From Mustelus asterias (taxonomy: Eukaryota), in the NCBI RefSeq assembly GCF_964213995.1, contig NW_027590189.1, positions 496,001 through 560,000 of the forward strand: 64,000 bases of DNA, read 5' to 3'. Every line of letters begins with the position of its first letter. Within the stretch, counting starts at the first letter, position 1. This document shows positions 22,791 to 34,100 of the stretch, one piece after another. The translations under genes were made by a program, and so were the position numbers. The notes beneath the pieces were generated by a model. It saw only the letters and a list, made by a program, of their open reading frames with translations. It had not been told where the DNA came from and did no database searches.

Positions 22791-23496
22791 GAAAGAACAA
22801 TACAGCACAGGAACAGGCCCTTCGGCCCCCCAAGCCCGCGCCGCTCCCCGGTCCAGGATTGAATCCTGAATCCAGGATCCCCGCCCAATTTTCCAGCCTA
22901 TCTACATACCAATATCCTATCCACCGAGCTGTCCCTCACAGCTACGATGCTTTGTTCATTACAACCTATTAACCTACCCCCACCCCCCCCATTCCTGACC
23001 ATGTGATCTCCAGGGAGAGGCGAAAACCCAGAGTGAAAAACCCCAGGGCCAATATGGGGAAAAAAAAATCTGGGAAATTCCTCTCCGACCCCCTGAGGCG
23101 ATCGAAACGAGTCCAGGAGATCACAATGGCCCCGATCGGAAAATGCTTCCCAACCCTAGTCATTTCCACTTCCACGAACACCATATGAATCCCCTGCCCC
23201 CGAGACAGGTTCCCAACTATCCGCAGTCTCACTCTGTACTGGCACCAGCAAGATGATCATAGAATGAAGCCTTGAAACGAGAAACCAGGAACAATTAGCC
23301 CGCGCCGCTCCCTGGTCCAAACTAGACCACTCTTTTGTATCCCTCCATTCCCACTCCGTTCATATAGCTGTCTAGATAAGTCTTAAACGTTCCCAGTGTG
23401 TCCGCCTCCACCACCTTGCCCGGCAACACATTCCAGGCCCCCACGACCCTCTGTGTGAAATATGTCCTTCTGATATCTGTGTTAAACCTCCCCCCT
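22791..23496 (-). mobile_element. CR1 3' end containing a 441-bp insert between 23-bp direct repeats
   Basis: 23428-23496 is the reverse complement of the CR1 at 63935-64000; direct repeats agcccgcgccgctccc(c/t)ggtcca at 22833-22855 and 23297-23319. Confidence 0.88.
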
Positions 23497-23767
23497 ATGA
23501 TTTCTATGATTATCCGAAACTCGATATTAAAGACATGTTATCTATCATTGCTCTGACCTCGGCCTCAAAATCTTTCAGTAAAATCAGAAATCTTGTATTT
23601 TTATGACGCAATGAGAGGAAATAGATGTTCCTGTTTTGACACCGTGGACATATCAGCAACTCATTCAGTCCACAACAGAATTTAATGGCTTTGTTGATGC
23701 AGACCAACAAAGTGAATCATCATCTGAACCATGTCTAATAGTATTGTGTGCTCAAAAAGTGACCAGT

Positions 23768-24066
23768 TGGGGCAGCATGGTAGCACAGTGGTTACCACTG
23801 CTGCTTTACAGCTCCAGGGTCCTGGGTTCGATTCCCAGCTCCTGGGTCACTGGCTGTGTGGGGTTTGCACGTTCTCCCCGTGTCTGTGTGGATTTTCTCC
23901 CACTGTCCAAAGATTGGTTGGCTGCGAAATTTGCCCCTTAGTGTCCTGAGATGCGTGGATTAGCGGGTAAATATGCATGGATATGGAGGCAGGGCCTGGA
24001 TGGGATCATGGTCGGTACAGACTCAATGGGCCGAATGGCCTCTTTCTGCACAGTAGGGTTTCTGTG
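23768..24066 (+). mobile_element. HE1-type SINE
   Basis: ggcagcatggtagcacagtggtt head, V-domain, gggccgaatggcct tail. Confidence 0.85.
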
Positions 24067-24792
24067 ACATAGTTCAAAGTGAAACTGTAACTAAACTCGA
24101 GGAAATTGCGCAGAACCATTATTTTAACATCGTTCTTCAGAGTAACGAAATAAGGAAAACCACTCAGACAGTTGGCGAAATCGAGAATCAGTGCGGATCT
24201 ACTGGACTTTCCTACAGCTGAATGAGATTTAGACGCCTGAGTGTTTCACACACAGAATAAAGAGGGATCAAGGATAACTAACAAATCGTTCTTAAATCTC
24301 TTCCCCTGAAAGATATTTGATTTTGTTGAATAGCTGATTGTGGTCAATCTCAATGAAGCACCCTAACATGTGTATTACCCAGTGACTCGATTCCTTTTGT
24401 TGGTCAGCAATTTCTTTTGTTGGTTTGCAATTCAATGCTGTCTATTTCGGAGATATTTCATTCAGAATGAGGAGATATGTAATGAATAAAAATATATTAA
24501 TATTAAACATTGAACAGCAAACAAATATTGGGCAGAACTGGTTGAAATTATTTGAAGGAAGATGAGAATGATGCATTAATGTTTGAGCAGAAATCATTGC
24601 TCCCTTAGATATTTGCCGGACGACCGCTTATAAATGTTGAAGTTCAAGATGAGTTGAGAATTCAGGTTGGAAGAAACGGTTTTTGTCTTGTATTAAGTGA
24701 CATGGGTTCTCAGGATAACCATGAGAACCTGCAGCAACACAGTCGAGTTGAACATTGTGATCAGGCCAATTGGCGGCGCTATGCTGTCAGCT

Positions 24793-24865
24793 GTTTCTGT
24801 AGTGTAGTGGTTATCGCGTTCGCCTCACACGCGAAAGGTCCCCGGTTCGAAACCGGGCAGAAACA
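24793..24865 (+). tRNA. tRNA-Val(CAC), intact
   Basis: GTTTCTGTAGTGTAGTGGTTATCGCGTTCGCCTCACACGCGAAAGGTCCCCGGTTCGAAACCGGGCAGAAACA; full cloverleaf, single A24G change. Confidence 0.93.
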
Positions 24866-25631
24866 TTTATTGAAATTATTCATTGAGTATGAGGGAAGTT
24901 TTGCATGGTTTCAGTTGTTGCTGAACATGATCTGAATCTCGATGTTCCAGCCATGTTATCTTTGGTCTGACCTCGGCCTCAAATGCTCTCAGTAAAATCA
25001 GAAATGCTGTATTTTAAGACGCAATGAGGAAATAAATGTTTGTACTTTGACACCGTGCGCATATTCGCAATTTGTTCGGTCCATACCAGAATTTAATGGA
25101 TTTATAAGTGCAGACTAACATAGTTAATCACCATCTGAAACATGTGTAATAGTACTGTGTGTTCATAAACACAGACAGAAGTGAAAGTGTAACTGAACTA
25201 GAGGAAATGGCGCACATTTCCCGGAAGCATATTTTTAAAATTGTTCTTCATAATAAAGAAATGGGAAAAAAATCACTCAGGCAGATGAGTAAATCGAAAC
25301 TCAGTGTAGTTCTGCTGGACTTTTCTATAGATGAACGGGATTTAGGCGCCAGAATGTTGCACACGCAGAATAATGAGGGATTAAGTATAACCAGCAGATC
25401 ATTATTAAATCTTTTCCCTTTAAAGATATTTGATATTGTTTAAAAGCTGACTGTCTCAAATAAGCACCATGGGATGTGTATTACCCAGTGACTCGATTTC
25501 TTTTATTGGTCAGTCATGTTTGCAATGCAATGTTGCATATTCCCGAGATATTCAATTCAGAATGAAGATGTATGTATTAAATACATGGATTCATGTTTAA
25601 TATTGAATAACGAAACAAATATTGAGTAACC

Positions 25632-25670
25632 AGCCAACGTTTCGAGTTTGGATGACCCTTCATCAGAGCT
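25632..25670 (-). ncRNA. Minimal type I hammerhead ribozyme of a Penelope-like element
   Basis: AGCU CUGAUGA AGGGUCAUCCAAACUC GAAA CGUU GGCU: stem I AGCU/GGCU, intact core, palindromic AACGUU stem III. Confidence 0.85.
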
Positions 25671-26957
25671 AAGGGCAAAGAAAATCAGACAAGTTTTATA
25701 TTATGAGGGTGGAAGGGGGGTGCTGTAATTGGACAAAGGGAATGAAAAGGAGAATGCAGAAGGCTGAGAGAGGTGTGAAAAGTGTTAATCAGAATGGTAG
25801 AGCAGAGGTACAGATGGTTTGCCCTGAATGGAGGGGGGTTGGTGGGGGGGAGGAGGGGGGGGGGGGGGGGGCGGTTGGTCGGGGGGGGGGGGGGGGAGGG
25901 GGCGGGTGCGGGCGAGAAGAAGAGCAGGAATGAAGAAGTTGAAAAATGGAAGTGAGAAAGAAGTATGATAAAATGGATGAATGAGATGAAAAGAAGAAAC
26001 AAAATGAAATAAAATAAATGGAAATGGGGTGAAGGTGGAGGGGAGAGTCATGCTCTGAAGTTGTTGAACTCAATGTTCAGTCTGGAAGGCTGTAAAGTGC
26101 CCAATCGGAAGATGAGGTTCTGTTCCTCCAATTTGCATTGGGGTTCACTAGAACATTGGAAAAGGCCAAGGACGGACACGTGGACAGGAGAGCAGGGTGG
26201 TGTGTTGAAGTGGCAAGTGACAGGAAGCTCTGGATCCTGCTTGCGGACGGACTGAAGGTGTTCAACAAAGCGGTCACCCAATTTGTGTTTGGTCTCTCCG
26301 ATGTAGAGTAGACTGGATTGGGAGCAGCGAATTGAATAGACCAGGTTGAAGCAGGTGCATGTGAAGCACTGCCTCACCTGAAAGGGTGTTCAGGACCCGG
26401 GAGGTGAACAGGGAGGAGGTAAAGTGGCAGGTGTTGCACCTTCTACTATTGCATGGGAAGGTGCCATGGGTAGGGGATAGGAGTTTGGGTGGGATGGAGG
26501 AGTGGACCAGGGTATCCCAGAGAGGACGATCCTTGTGGAATGCTGGTGGTGGAGTGGGGGGGTGGGGGGGGGGTTAAAGGGAAGATGTGTTGGGTATGGC
26601 ATCATGCTGGAATTGGCAGCAATGGCAGAGGATGATCCTTTGAATGTGGAGGCTGGTCAGGTGAAAAGTGAAGACAAGGGGAACCCTGTCCTGGTTCTGG
26701 GAGGGGAGGGAGTGAGAGCAGTGGCTGGGGGATGGGTCGGACATGGTCAAGAGCCCTGTCAACAACAGTGGGTGGAAAACCTCAACTGTTGAAGAAGAAA
26801 GACATATCTGCAACGTGGCATCATCAGAACAGATGCACCGGAGGTGAAAGAATGAAGAGAATGGGATGGAGTCCTTTCAGGATGTGGGGTGCGAAGAACT
26901 GCAGTCAAGATAGTTGTGGGAGTTGGTGGGCTTGTAATAGATACTGGTGGATAGTCT
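25632..26957 (-). mobile_element. Penelope-like retroelement 3' part (GIY-YIG endonuclease, 3' UTR, hammerhead)
   Basis: ORF 26048-26377 NLVYSIRCSQSSLLYIGETKHKLGDRFVEH...EQNLIFRLGTLQPSRLN; upstream RVPLVFTFH motif; decayed. Confidence 0.9.
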
Positions 26958-27032
26958 AACATGAGAACCTGCAGCAACACAGCAGAGTTGAACCTTGCAG
27001 ACAAGTCGATTGGCTACACCGAACTGCTGGTG

Positions 27033-27105
27033 GTTTCTGTAGTGTAGTGGTTATCATGTTTGCCTAATGCGTGAGAAGTCCCTGGTTCAAAACCAGCTAG
27101 AAACT
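27033..27105 (+). pseudogene. tRNA-Val pseudogene (AAC-type, anticodon arm mutated)
   Basis: gtttctgtagtgtagtggttatcatgtttgcctaatgcgtgagaagtccctggttcaaaaccagctagaaact. Confidence 0.8.
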
Positions 27106-27555
27106 TTAGCATTTCAGGAAGTATGCATGATTTTGGTTATTTGCTGAACATTATCCAATTCTCGATGTTGCCATATTATGTTTGTTTTGACCTCGGTCTC
27201 AAATGCTTTCAGGAAAATCAGAAATGCTGCATTTTTAGATTTAGTTGCAGGAAAGAGATGTTGGTATTTTGACACCGTGCATATATTAGCAACTTGTTCG
27301 ATGCATGGGTTTATAGATGTAGACCAACATAGTTAATCACCATCTGAAACATGTCTAATAGTAGTGTGTGCTCATAAAGACAGACACAAGTGATACTGTA
27401 ACTGAACTAGAGGAATTGGTGCACATTGCACAGAAACACCTTTTTAAAATCGGTTTTCAGAATAAAGATATACAGAAAACCATTCATGCTGATGAGGAAA
27501 TCGAGGCTCACTGCAGATCTACTGGACATTCCTATAGATGAATGGGATTTAGGCA

Positions 27556-29120
27556 CCAGAATAAGTCCCCTGGGCCTGATGAAATGTATCCTAGGATTCT
27601 GTGGGAGGCAAGGGATGAGATTGCAGAGCCTTTGGCGTTGATCTTTGGGTCCTCGCTGTCCACGGGGATGGTGCCAGAGGACTGGAGAATGGCGAATGTT
27701 GTTCCTCTGTTTAAGAAAGGGAATAGAAATGACCCTGGTAATTATAGACCGGTTAGTCTTACTTCGGTGGTTGGTAAATTGATGGAAAGGGTCCTTAGGG
27801 ATGGGATTTACGACCATTTAGAAAGATGCGGATTAATCCGAGATAGTCAGCACGGATTCGTGAAGGGCAAGTCGTGCCTCACAAATTTGATAGAATTTTT
27901 TGAGGAGGTAACTAAGTGTGTTGATGAAGGTAGGGCAGTTGATGTCATATACATGGATTTTAGTAAGGCGTTTGATAAGGTCCCCCATGGTCGGCTTATG
28001 ATGAAAGTGAGGAGGTGTGGGATAGAGGGAAAGTTGGCCGATTGGATAGGTAACTGGCTGTCTGACCGAAGACAGAGGGTGGTGGTCGATGGAAAATTTT
28101 CGGATTGGAGGCAGGTTGCTAGCGGTGTGCCGCAGGGATCAGTGCTTGGTCCTCTGCTCTTTGTGATTTTTATTAATGACTTAGAGGAGGGGGCTGAAGG
28201 GTGGATCAGTAAATTTGCTGATGACACCAAGATTGGTGGAGTAGTGGATGAGGTGGAGGGCTGTTGTAGGCTGCAAAGAGACATAGATAGGATGCAAAGC
28301 TGGGCTGAAAAATGGCAAATGGAGTTTAACCCTGATAAATGTGAGGTGATTCATTTTGGTAGGACTAATTTAAATGTGGATTACAGGGTCAAAGGTAGGG
28401 TTCTGAAGACTGTGGAGGAACAGAGAGATCTTGGGGTCCATATCCACAGATCTCTAAAGGTTGCCAGTCAAGTGGATAGCGCTGTGAAGAAGGCCTATAG
28501 TGTGTTAGCTTTTATTAACAGGGGGTTGGAGTTTAAGAGCCGTGGGGTTATGCTGCAACTGTACAGGACCTTGGTGAGACCACATTTGGAATATTGTGTG
28601 CAGTTCTGGTCACCTCACTATAAGAAGAATGTGGAAGCGCTGGAAAGAGTGCAGAGGAGATTTACCAGGATGCTGCCTGGTTTGGAGGGTAGGTCATATG
28701 AGGAAAGGTTGAGGGAGCTAGGGCTGTTCTCTCTGGAGCGGAGGAGGCTGAGGGGAGACTTAATAGAGGTGTATAAAATGATGAAGGGGATAGATAGAGT
28801 GAACGTTCAAAGACTATTTCCTCGGGTGGATGGAGCTATTACAAGGGGGCATAACTATAGGGTTCGTGGTGGGAGATACAGGACGGATATCAGAGGTAGG
28901 TTCTTTACGCAGAGAGTGGTTGGGGTGTGGAATGGACTGCCTGCAGTGATAGTGGAGTCAGACACTTTAGAAACATTTAAGCGGTTATTGGATAGGCACA
29001 TGGAGCACACCAGGATGATAGGGAGTGGGAAAGCTTGATCTTGGTTTCAGATAAAGCTCGGCACAACATCGTGGGCCGAAGGGCCTGTTCTGTGCTGTAC
29101 TGTTCTATGTTCTATGTTCT
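27556..29120 (+). mobile_element. Young CR1/HER1 LINE, 5'-truncated, uninterrupted RT frame
   Basis: ORF 27542-29038 (498 aa) with all RT motifs; (TTCTATG)n tail; splits a tRNA-Val repeat unit. Confidence 0.96.
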
Positions 29121-29644
29121 AATATTTCACACCCAGAATAAACTAACTGGTCATTCTTAAATCTCTTCCCATTAAAGATATTTGATTTTGTTTATAAACT
29201 GATTGTGGTCAATCTCAAATAAGCATCATGGGGTGTGCATTAACCAGTGACTCGATCTGTTTCGTTGGTCAGTCATATTTGCAATTCAATGCTGCAAATG
29301 TCAGAGATATTCAATTCAGAATCAGGAGATGCATAATAAATAAATGTATCGATATTAAATGTTGAATAATGAAACAAATACCTAGTAAAATAGATTGAGA
29401 ATGATGCATTTGCCACAGTGGTTCATTTTCAGTTTTTGTTTCAGATTCCAGCATCCACAGATTTTTGCTTTTATTTATTCGCTCTGACCTGAACCTCAAA
29501 ATTCATTCAGGGCGATCGGAAATACTGGATTTTCATGAGAAGAAAAAGATGATGTGTGGGAGGAAACAGGAACACCTGGAGAACGTGCGGACTCCGCACA
29601 GTCACTCAAGCCGAGAAACGAACCTGAGTCCCTGGTGCTGTAAT

Positions 29645-29795
29645 GGCTGTCCAAAGAGAGAATGCGACAGCCATTCGCAGTATTTTCCCCTGGTTTCTGT
29701 GGCTATAGCTCATCTTTCATTCCCTCACCCTGCAGTATAAATATCTCCCACTTTCTATGTCTTTTTGCTTTGACAAAAGGTCATCTGGACTCAAT
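29645..29795 (+). mobile_element. Penelope 3' UTR fragment with a decayed U3-A8 hammerhead
   Basis: cagtataaatatctcccactttctatgtctttttGCTTTGACAAAAGGTCATCTGGACTC; GAAA lost. Confidence 0.6.
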
Positions 29796-29859
29796 ATTGC
29801 AAATATCTCTGACATTAAGTGATGTCCATCTTTGTGCGGGGCAAATGTTCTCCATTTGG

Positions 29860-30400
29860 ACAGAAGGTGGAGAGTCGGAACAGATGCGCCCCTGACAAAG
29901 ATGGCGTTGATGTGGGGCGGGACTTCAGGCGGTGCCCGCAGAACGCTCAGGCGGTTGGGCTCGCACATGCGCATTGCAGCGGGAGTGTTTTGTTGACGGA
30001 AGCGCGCGGCTTCTTCTCTTGATCTGAATCAGATTTGAAAGGGGGGACGGTTAACGATCGGCGGCGTTACCATGGCTGCAGGGGTGGGACTTGTCAACCG
30101 CGCGCGCTGGCACAAGCGGACCCTGAGCGGCACCAGCAGGTGCGGAGGCCGCCCGGGGGAGCCGGGGTCTCGAGTAAGCGGCAAGCCGGGCCGGCCCGCC
30201 TCTCCTGAGGGGAGGCCACCGCACACTGACCCGGGGACGTGGCACCAACCCAAAACTTCCCAACCCCGGGTTTTTCACGCCTCTTTTACCCCTCACCGAG
30301 CTCCTCAGCACAAAGCAGCCCCTAAAATCCTCCAGAAACCACTCAGACCCCACTTGGCATCTTTTCCCCAGGTCATGACCCTGAGATGCCCTTTTGGTTT
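29860..30400. promoter_or_regulatory. CpG-island promoter-like region
   Basis: YY1-type aagatggcg (29898), GC box ggggcggg, NRF1-like cgcacatgcgca, ETS-like cggaag, high CpG. Confidence 0.6.
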
Positions 30401-31789
30401 CAGCCCCCTCACCTGATCAGGTGCCAACTGCGGTGGTGGTTGGAGGAACGATTGCTCGTTTCCAGGGCCGGGTGCTGAACTGGATCTCTCTCAATGTCCC
30501 ACAGTGTTTGTTTTCGAGATACAATTTGGTACATGTGGTGATTTGTCACTTTGTCCCTAAATGGAGGGCAAGTGGATTGGCACCCTGATTATCAATTGAC
30601 ACTCATCCACTTCTGCAGCCTTCCATTCCCGTGGCAGTTCAGTGGACACAACGACAGTGTGTGTCCGAGGTTTGCCCAAGCTTTAGTTCATGCTGGCACT
30701 ATTGTCACCACGTTGGGGTCCTCAACAGAGAGACTCCCTCTTTAAAGAAGGTCCTGAAAGGGTGACCAATTTGTGTTTTCTGTTTCTCATAGGAGCCGTG
30801 GTCAACAGTATAGCCAGAGAGACTCCATGTACCCAGTCGCATATTCAGACAAACAGCTACTGGACATCTGCGTCCAAGAAACAGACCGGATCCTGGTTGA
30901 GAAAGTAAGTTGGATTTGAATGTGCCTTTAGTGTATGACTGACAACGCCCCTGGTTTGTCCATGGTGATAAAGCACCTTGGTGAACCACAGCAGCCTGTG
31001 TGATAAAGGGTTAATCGTCATCCTTACTTCCAGGCCTGGGTATAAGATCAGCATATGGCCTCCCCTAACCGGCCCCCTTTACTGATACCCTGCTCACTTT
31101 CTGTTTTCATCGCCTTGGGCCCATTGAAACAGCTGCCCATGAATCTGTTCATCGTGTACATGGCTGGCAACAACAGCTCCATCCTCCTTATCATGATGGT
31201 GTGCATGATGGCCTGGAGACCCATACAGGCCTTGATGTCCATGTCAGCAAGTGAGTATTGTATTGAATCTACAGCTCAGAAACAGCTCTGAACCGGCATC
31301 ACTTGAGCAGCTTAAAATAGAGTGCTGAGAGTTGGGTAATTAAGGGAGTCAGGGAAGGAAGGGAAAGAGGTGCTGTTGTGCTTTCTAACTTTCTCAGCCT
31401 TTAGGAAGTGATCTTACTCTTCCACAGGAGAAGAAGCTAGATTTTTGGTGAGTATCTGCTAAGTGACTAAGATTTATTCTGTTCCTAAGGATCAAAATAG
31501 TATAGCAACAGGTGGTAAGGTTAATAAACTACTTAAAAACAAAAATAAATTATCATTGGATAAAAGAAATAGTTTATTAGTACACATTCAAGCTGCAACA
31601 TTTGAGAGTTCCTGGGTGTCAGTTTGATCCAGGGCAAACAGGCATAGAGGTTTACAGCATGGAAACAGACAGAAAAAAAACAGACCAATGAAATTTTTTT
31701 AAAATTTAAAATTGACAAACAGAAATCATCATCATCTAACTCATTCTGAGTAAATATTCTCACCAGGTCCTCTGTTGGGACCCTGCTAA

Positions 31790-34100
31790 GCAGCTTTAAT
31801 GGTCCGTGATTGCAGAAACTGAGCAGTCACAGGAATGTGGTCAAGATAGTCCAGTCCCACAATGCCTCACATTCAATCTGCAGTCCTTCAATTATAACAG
31901 AATATGTGGCTGTATGTAGCTGCCTCGGCCACGATCAGCGCCAACACTGCCTTCTTAAACTGCTACAATGCCTGAGATGTAAGTACACTCACAGTGCTGT
32001 TAGGGAGGGATTTCCAGCTACACATTCCAGACTTTCACGAGACTGTAGGTGGATACCAGATTGATATATTCCATTCAACTACTCCAAAGGTGAGTTATTC
32101 TAATTCCTTTATTGTCCAGGACAATATATTCACAATATCTTTAAAACAGAAATTAAACATTCCCATTTGATTTCAGGTGTTAACATATTCTGTTAGTTTG
32201 TTCTTTATTGTCGATGTCAGGCTGGGGTTGTTCCTCTTGGAGCAAAGGAGGTTGAGGGGAGATTTGATCGAGGTGGACAAGATTCTGACAGGTTTAGATA
32301 AGGTGGACAAAGAAAAGCTGTTCCCCATTAGCTGATGGGACAAGGACGAGGGGATTTATGGTTTTGGGCCAGAGATGCAGGGGGGATGTGAGGAAGAATA
32401 TTCTGATGCAGCGAATGGTAATGACCTGGAACTCGCTGCCTACGAGGGTGGAGGAAGTGGAGTCAATAAGCAATTACAAAGGAAATTGGATGGGCATCTG
32501 GGGGAGTTTCAAACAGAAATAGCGACTCTTAACTTCCTAACACCCTGTCGCTCTGTGATCCGTGTGAAATTTGAAACTAGGTATTCGCAACAAGACTCAA
32601 ATACCATCAGTCCACTGGAAGTAAAGTCATGAGACCGGCCAGTCCAGCAGAAAGAAACCCTCCGACCCTCCCCATTGACCAACTGTGAGAATGAACAAAA
32701 TGTCCTGGATGTAACTGAGAGCAGAAACAATAACAGGAATGTGGTCAAGAAAGTCCAGTCCCATAATTCCTAGAATCACTCGTGAACTCGTTGGTGTCTC
32801 AGCAGGGCGGATGAAAGACTGAATCTCTTCTCACACACAGAGCAGGTGAACGGCTTCTCCCCAGTGTGAACTCGCTGGTGTGTCCGCAGGTTGGATAATC
32901 GTGTGAATCCCTTCTCACACTGAGAGCAGGTGAATGGCCTCTCCCCAGTGTGAACTCGCTGGTGTCTCAGCAGGCTGGATGAATCACAGAATCCCTTCCC
33001 ACACTGAGAACAGATGAACTGCCTCTCCCCAGTGTGAACGCGCCGGTGTCTCTGCAGGTGGGATGACCGAGTGAATCCCTTCCCACACTGAGAGCAGGTG
33101 AACGGCCTCTCCCCAGTATGAACGCATGCATGTGCCCGCAGGTCAGATGACCAAGTGAATCCCTCCCCACACTGAGAGCAGGTGAACGGCCTCTCCCCAG
33201 TGTGAACTCGCTGGTGTGCCCGCAGGTCGGATGACCGAGTGAATCCCTTCCCACACACAGTGCAGGTGAACGGCCTCTCCCCAGTGTGAAATCGCCGGTG
33301 TGTGCGCAAGGTGGATAAATGACTGAATCCCTCCCCACACTGAGAGCAGGTGAACGGCCTCTCTCCAGTATGAACTCGCTCGTGTGACCGCAGGTCGGAT
33401 GACCGAGTGAATCCCTTCCCACACTGAGAACACATGAATGGTCTCTCCCCAGTGTGAACTCGCTGGTGTGACTGCAGGCTGGATGACTGAGTGAATCCCT
33501 CCCCACACTGAGAGCAGGTGAATGGTCTCTCCCCAGTGTGGTTGCGCCGATGAGCTTCCAGCTCTGATGGGGATCTGTATCTCTTCCCACAGTCCACACA
33601 TTTCCATGGTTTCTCCATGGTGCAGGTGTCCTTGCCACTCTCTTGGGTGGACAATCAGTTGAAGCCTCACACAGAACACGGGTACAGTCTCTCCCCGCTG
33701 TGAATGGTGTGATATTTATTCAGGCTGTGTGACTGGTTAAAACTCTTTAGTCCGTGCACTGGAACACTCTCACTCGAGTGTGGCGGTGTGTTGGTGCTTT
33801 TCCAGTCACACTGACATTTCAAATCTTTTCAAATCAACAGACCGGACAATCATTTCTCCTTCCAGATTCAAAGTCCGATGATATTCAGCTCCCAAGGAAT
33901 ATGACTCTGTCAGATCTGACGTGACGTTTGAGATTTCGGCCTGTGATTCCTCTTTCAATATCCTGTAAAACAAGTTTACAAAAGTCATCAGTGTCAGTAC
34001 AGGATAGAAATTCAGAACAGACAATTCTAGTTTCTATGGAACATTCTTTCCTCTCTCATTCCCCAAAAAGCTGTAAATCTCCATCCCACACACTCTCCCT
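31790..34100 (-). repeat. Inverted duplication arm (partner ~56735-60000)
   Basis: ZNF exon and downstream flank are reverse-complement paralogues (compare ORFs 31810-32064 and 59759-59986; 32375-32632 and 59226-59453). Confidence 0.88.
32776..33618 (-). CDS. C2H2 zinc-finger protein, 10 fingers, no KRAB/SCAN domain visible (ZNF-A)
   Basis: ATG 33618 MEKPWKC...; tandem CxxC-x12-HxxxH with TGERPF linkers; exon acceptor at 33963-33964. Confidence 0.92.
   Translation of the reverse strand: MEKPWKCVDCGKRYRSPSELEAHRRNHTGERPFTCSQCGEGFTQSSSLQSHQRVHTGERPFMCSQCGKGFTRSSDLRSHERVHTGERPFTCSQCGEGFSHLSTLRTHRRFHTGERPFTCTVCGKGFTRSSDLRAHQRVHTGERPFTCSQCGEGFTWSSDLRAHACVHTGERPFTCSQCGKGFTRSSHLQRHRRVHTGERQFICSQCGKGFCDSSSLLRHQRVHTGERPFTCSQCEKGFTRLSNLRTHQRVHTGEKPFTCSVCEKRFSLSSALLRHQRVHE

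Noticed and set aside
25685-26073. Pro/Gly-rich ORFs and G-runs
   Set aside because: Low-complexity G/C tract in the Penelope 3' UTR; not a credible protein
27847-28284. Antisense ORFs in CR1 copies (also 2273-2653, 54440-54889, 61586-62634)
   Set aside because: Typical antisense shadows of RT coding sequence
33655-33657. Selenocysteine or readthrough at the conserved ZNF TGA
   Set aside because: Upstream relic fingers have further stops and frameshifts, ZNF-D has an extra TAA, and no SECIS was recognised
32967-33679. Long alternative-frame ORFs over the ZNF genes (also 51083-52180, 57415-57954)
   Set aside because: Shadow frames of the 84-nt finger repeat (HTSEFTLGR / [10 protein letters not shown] pattern)
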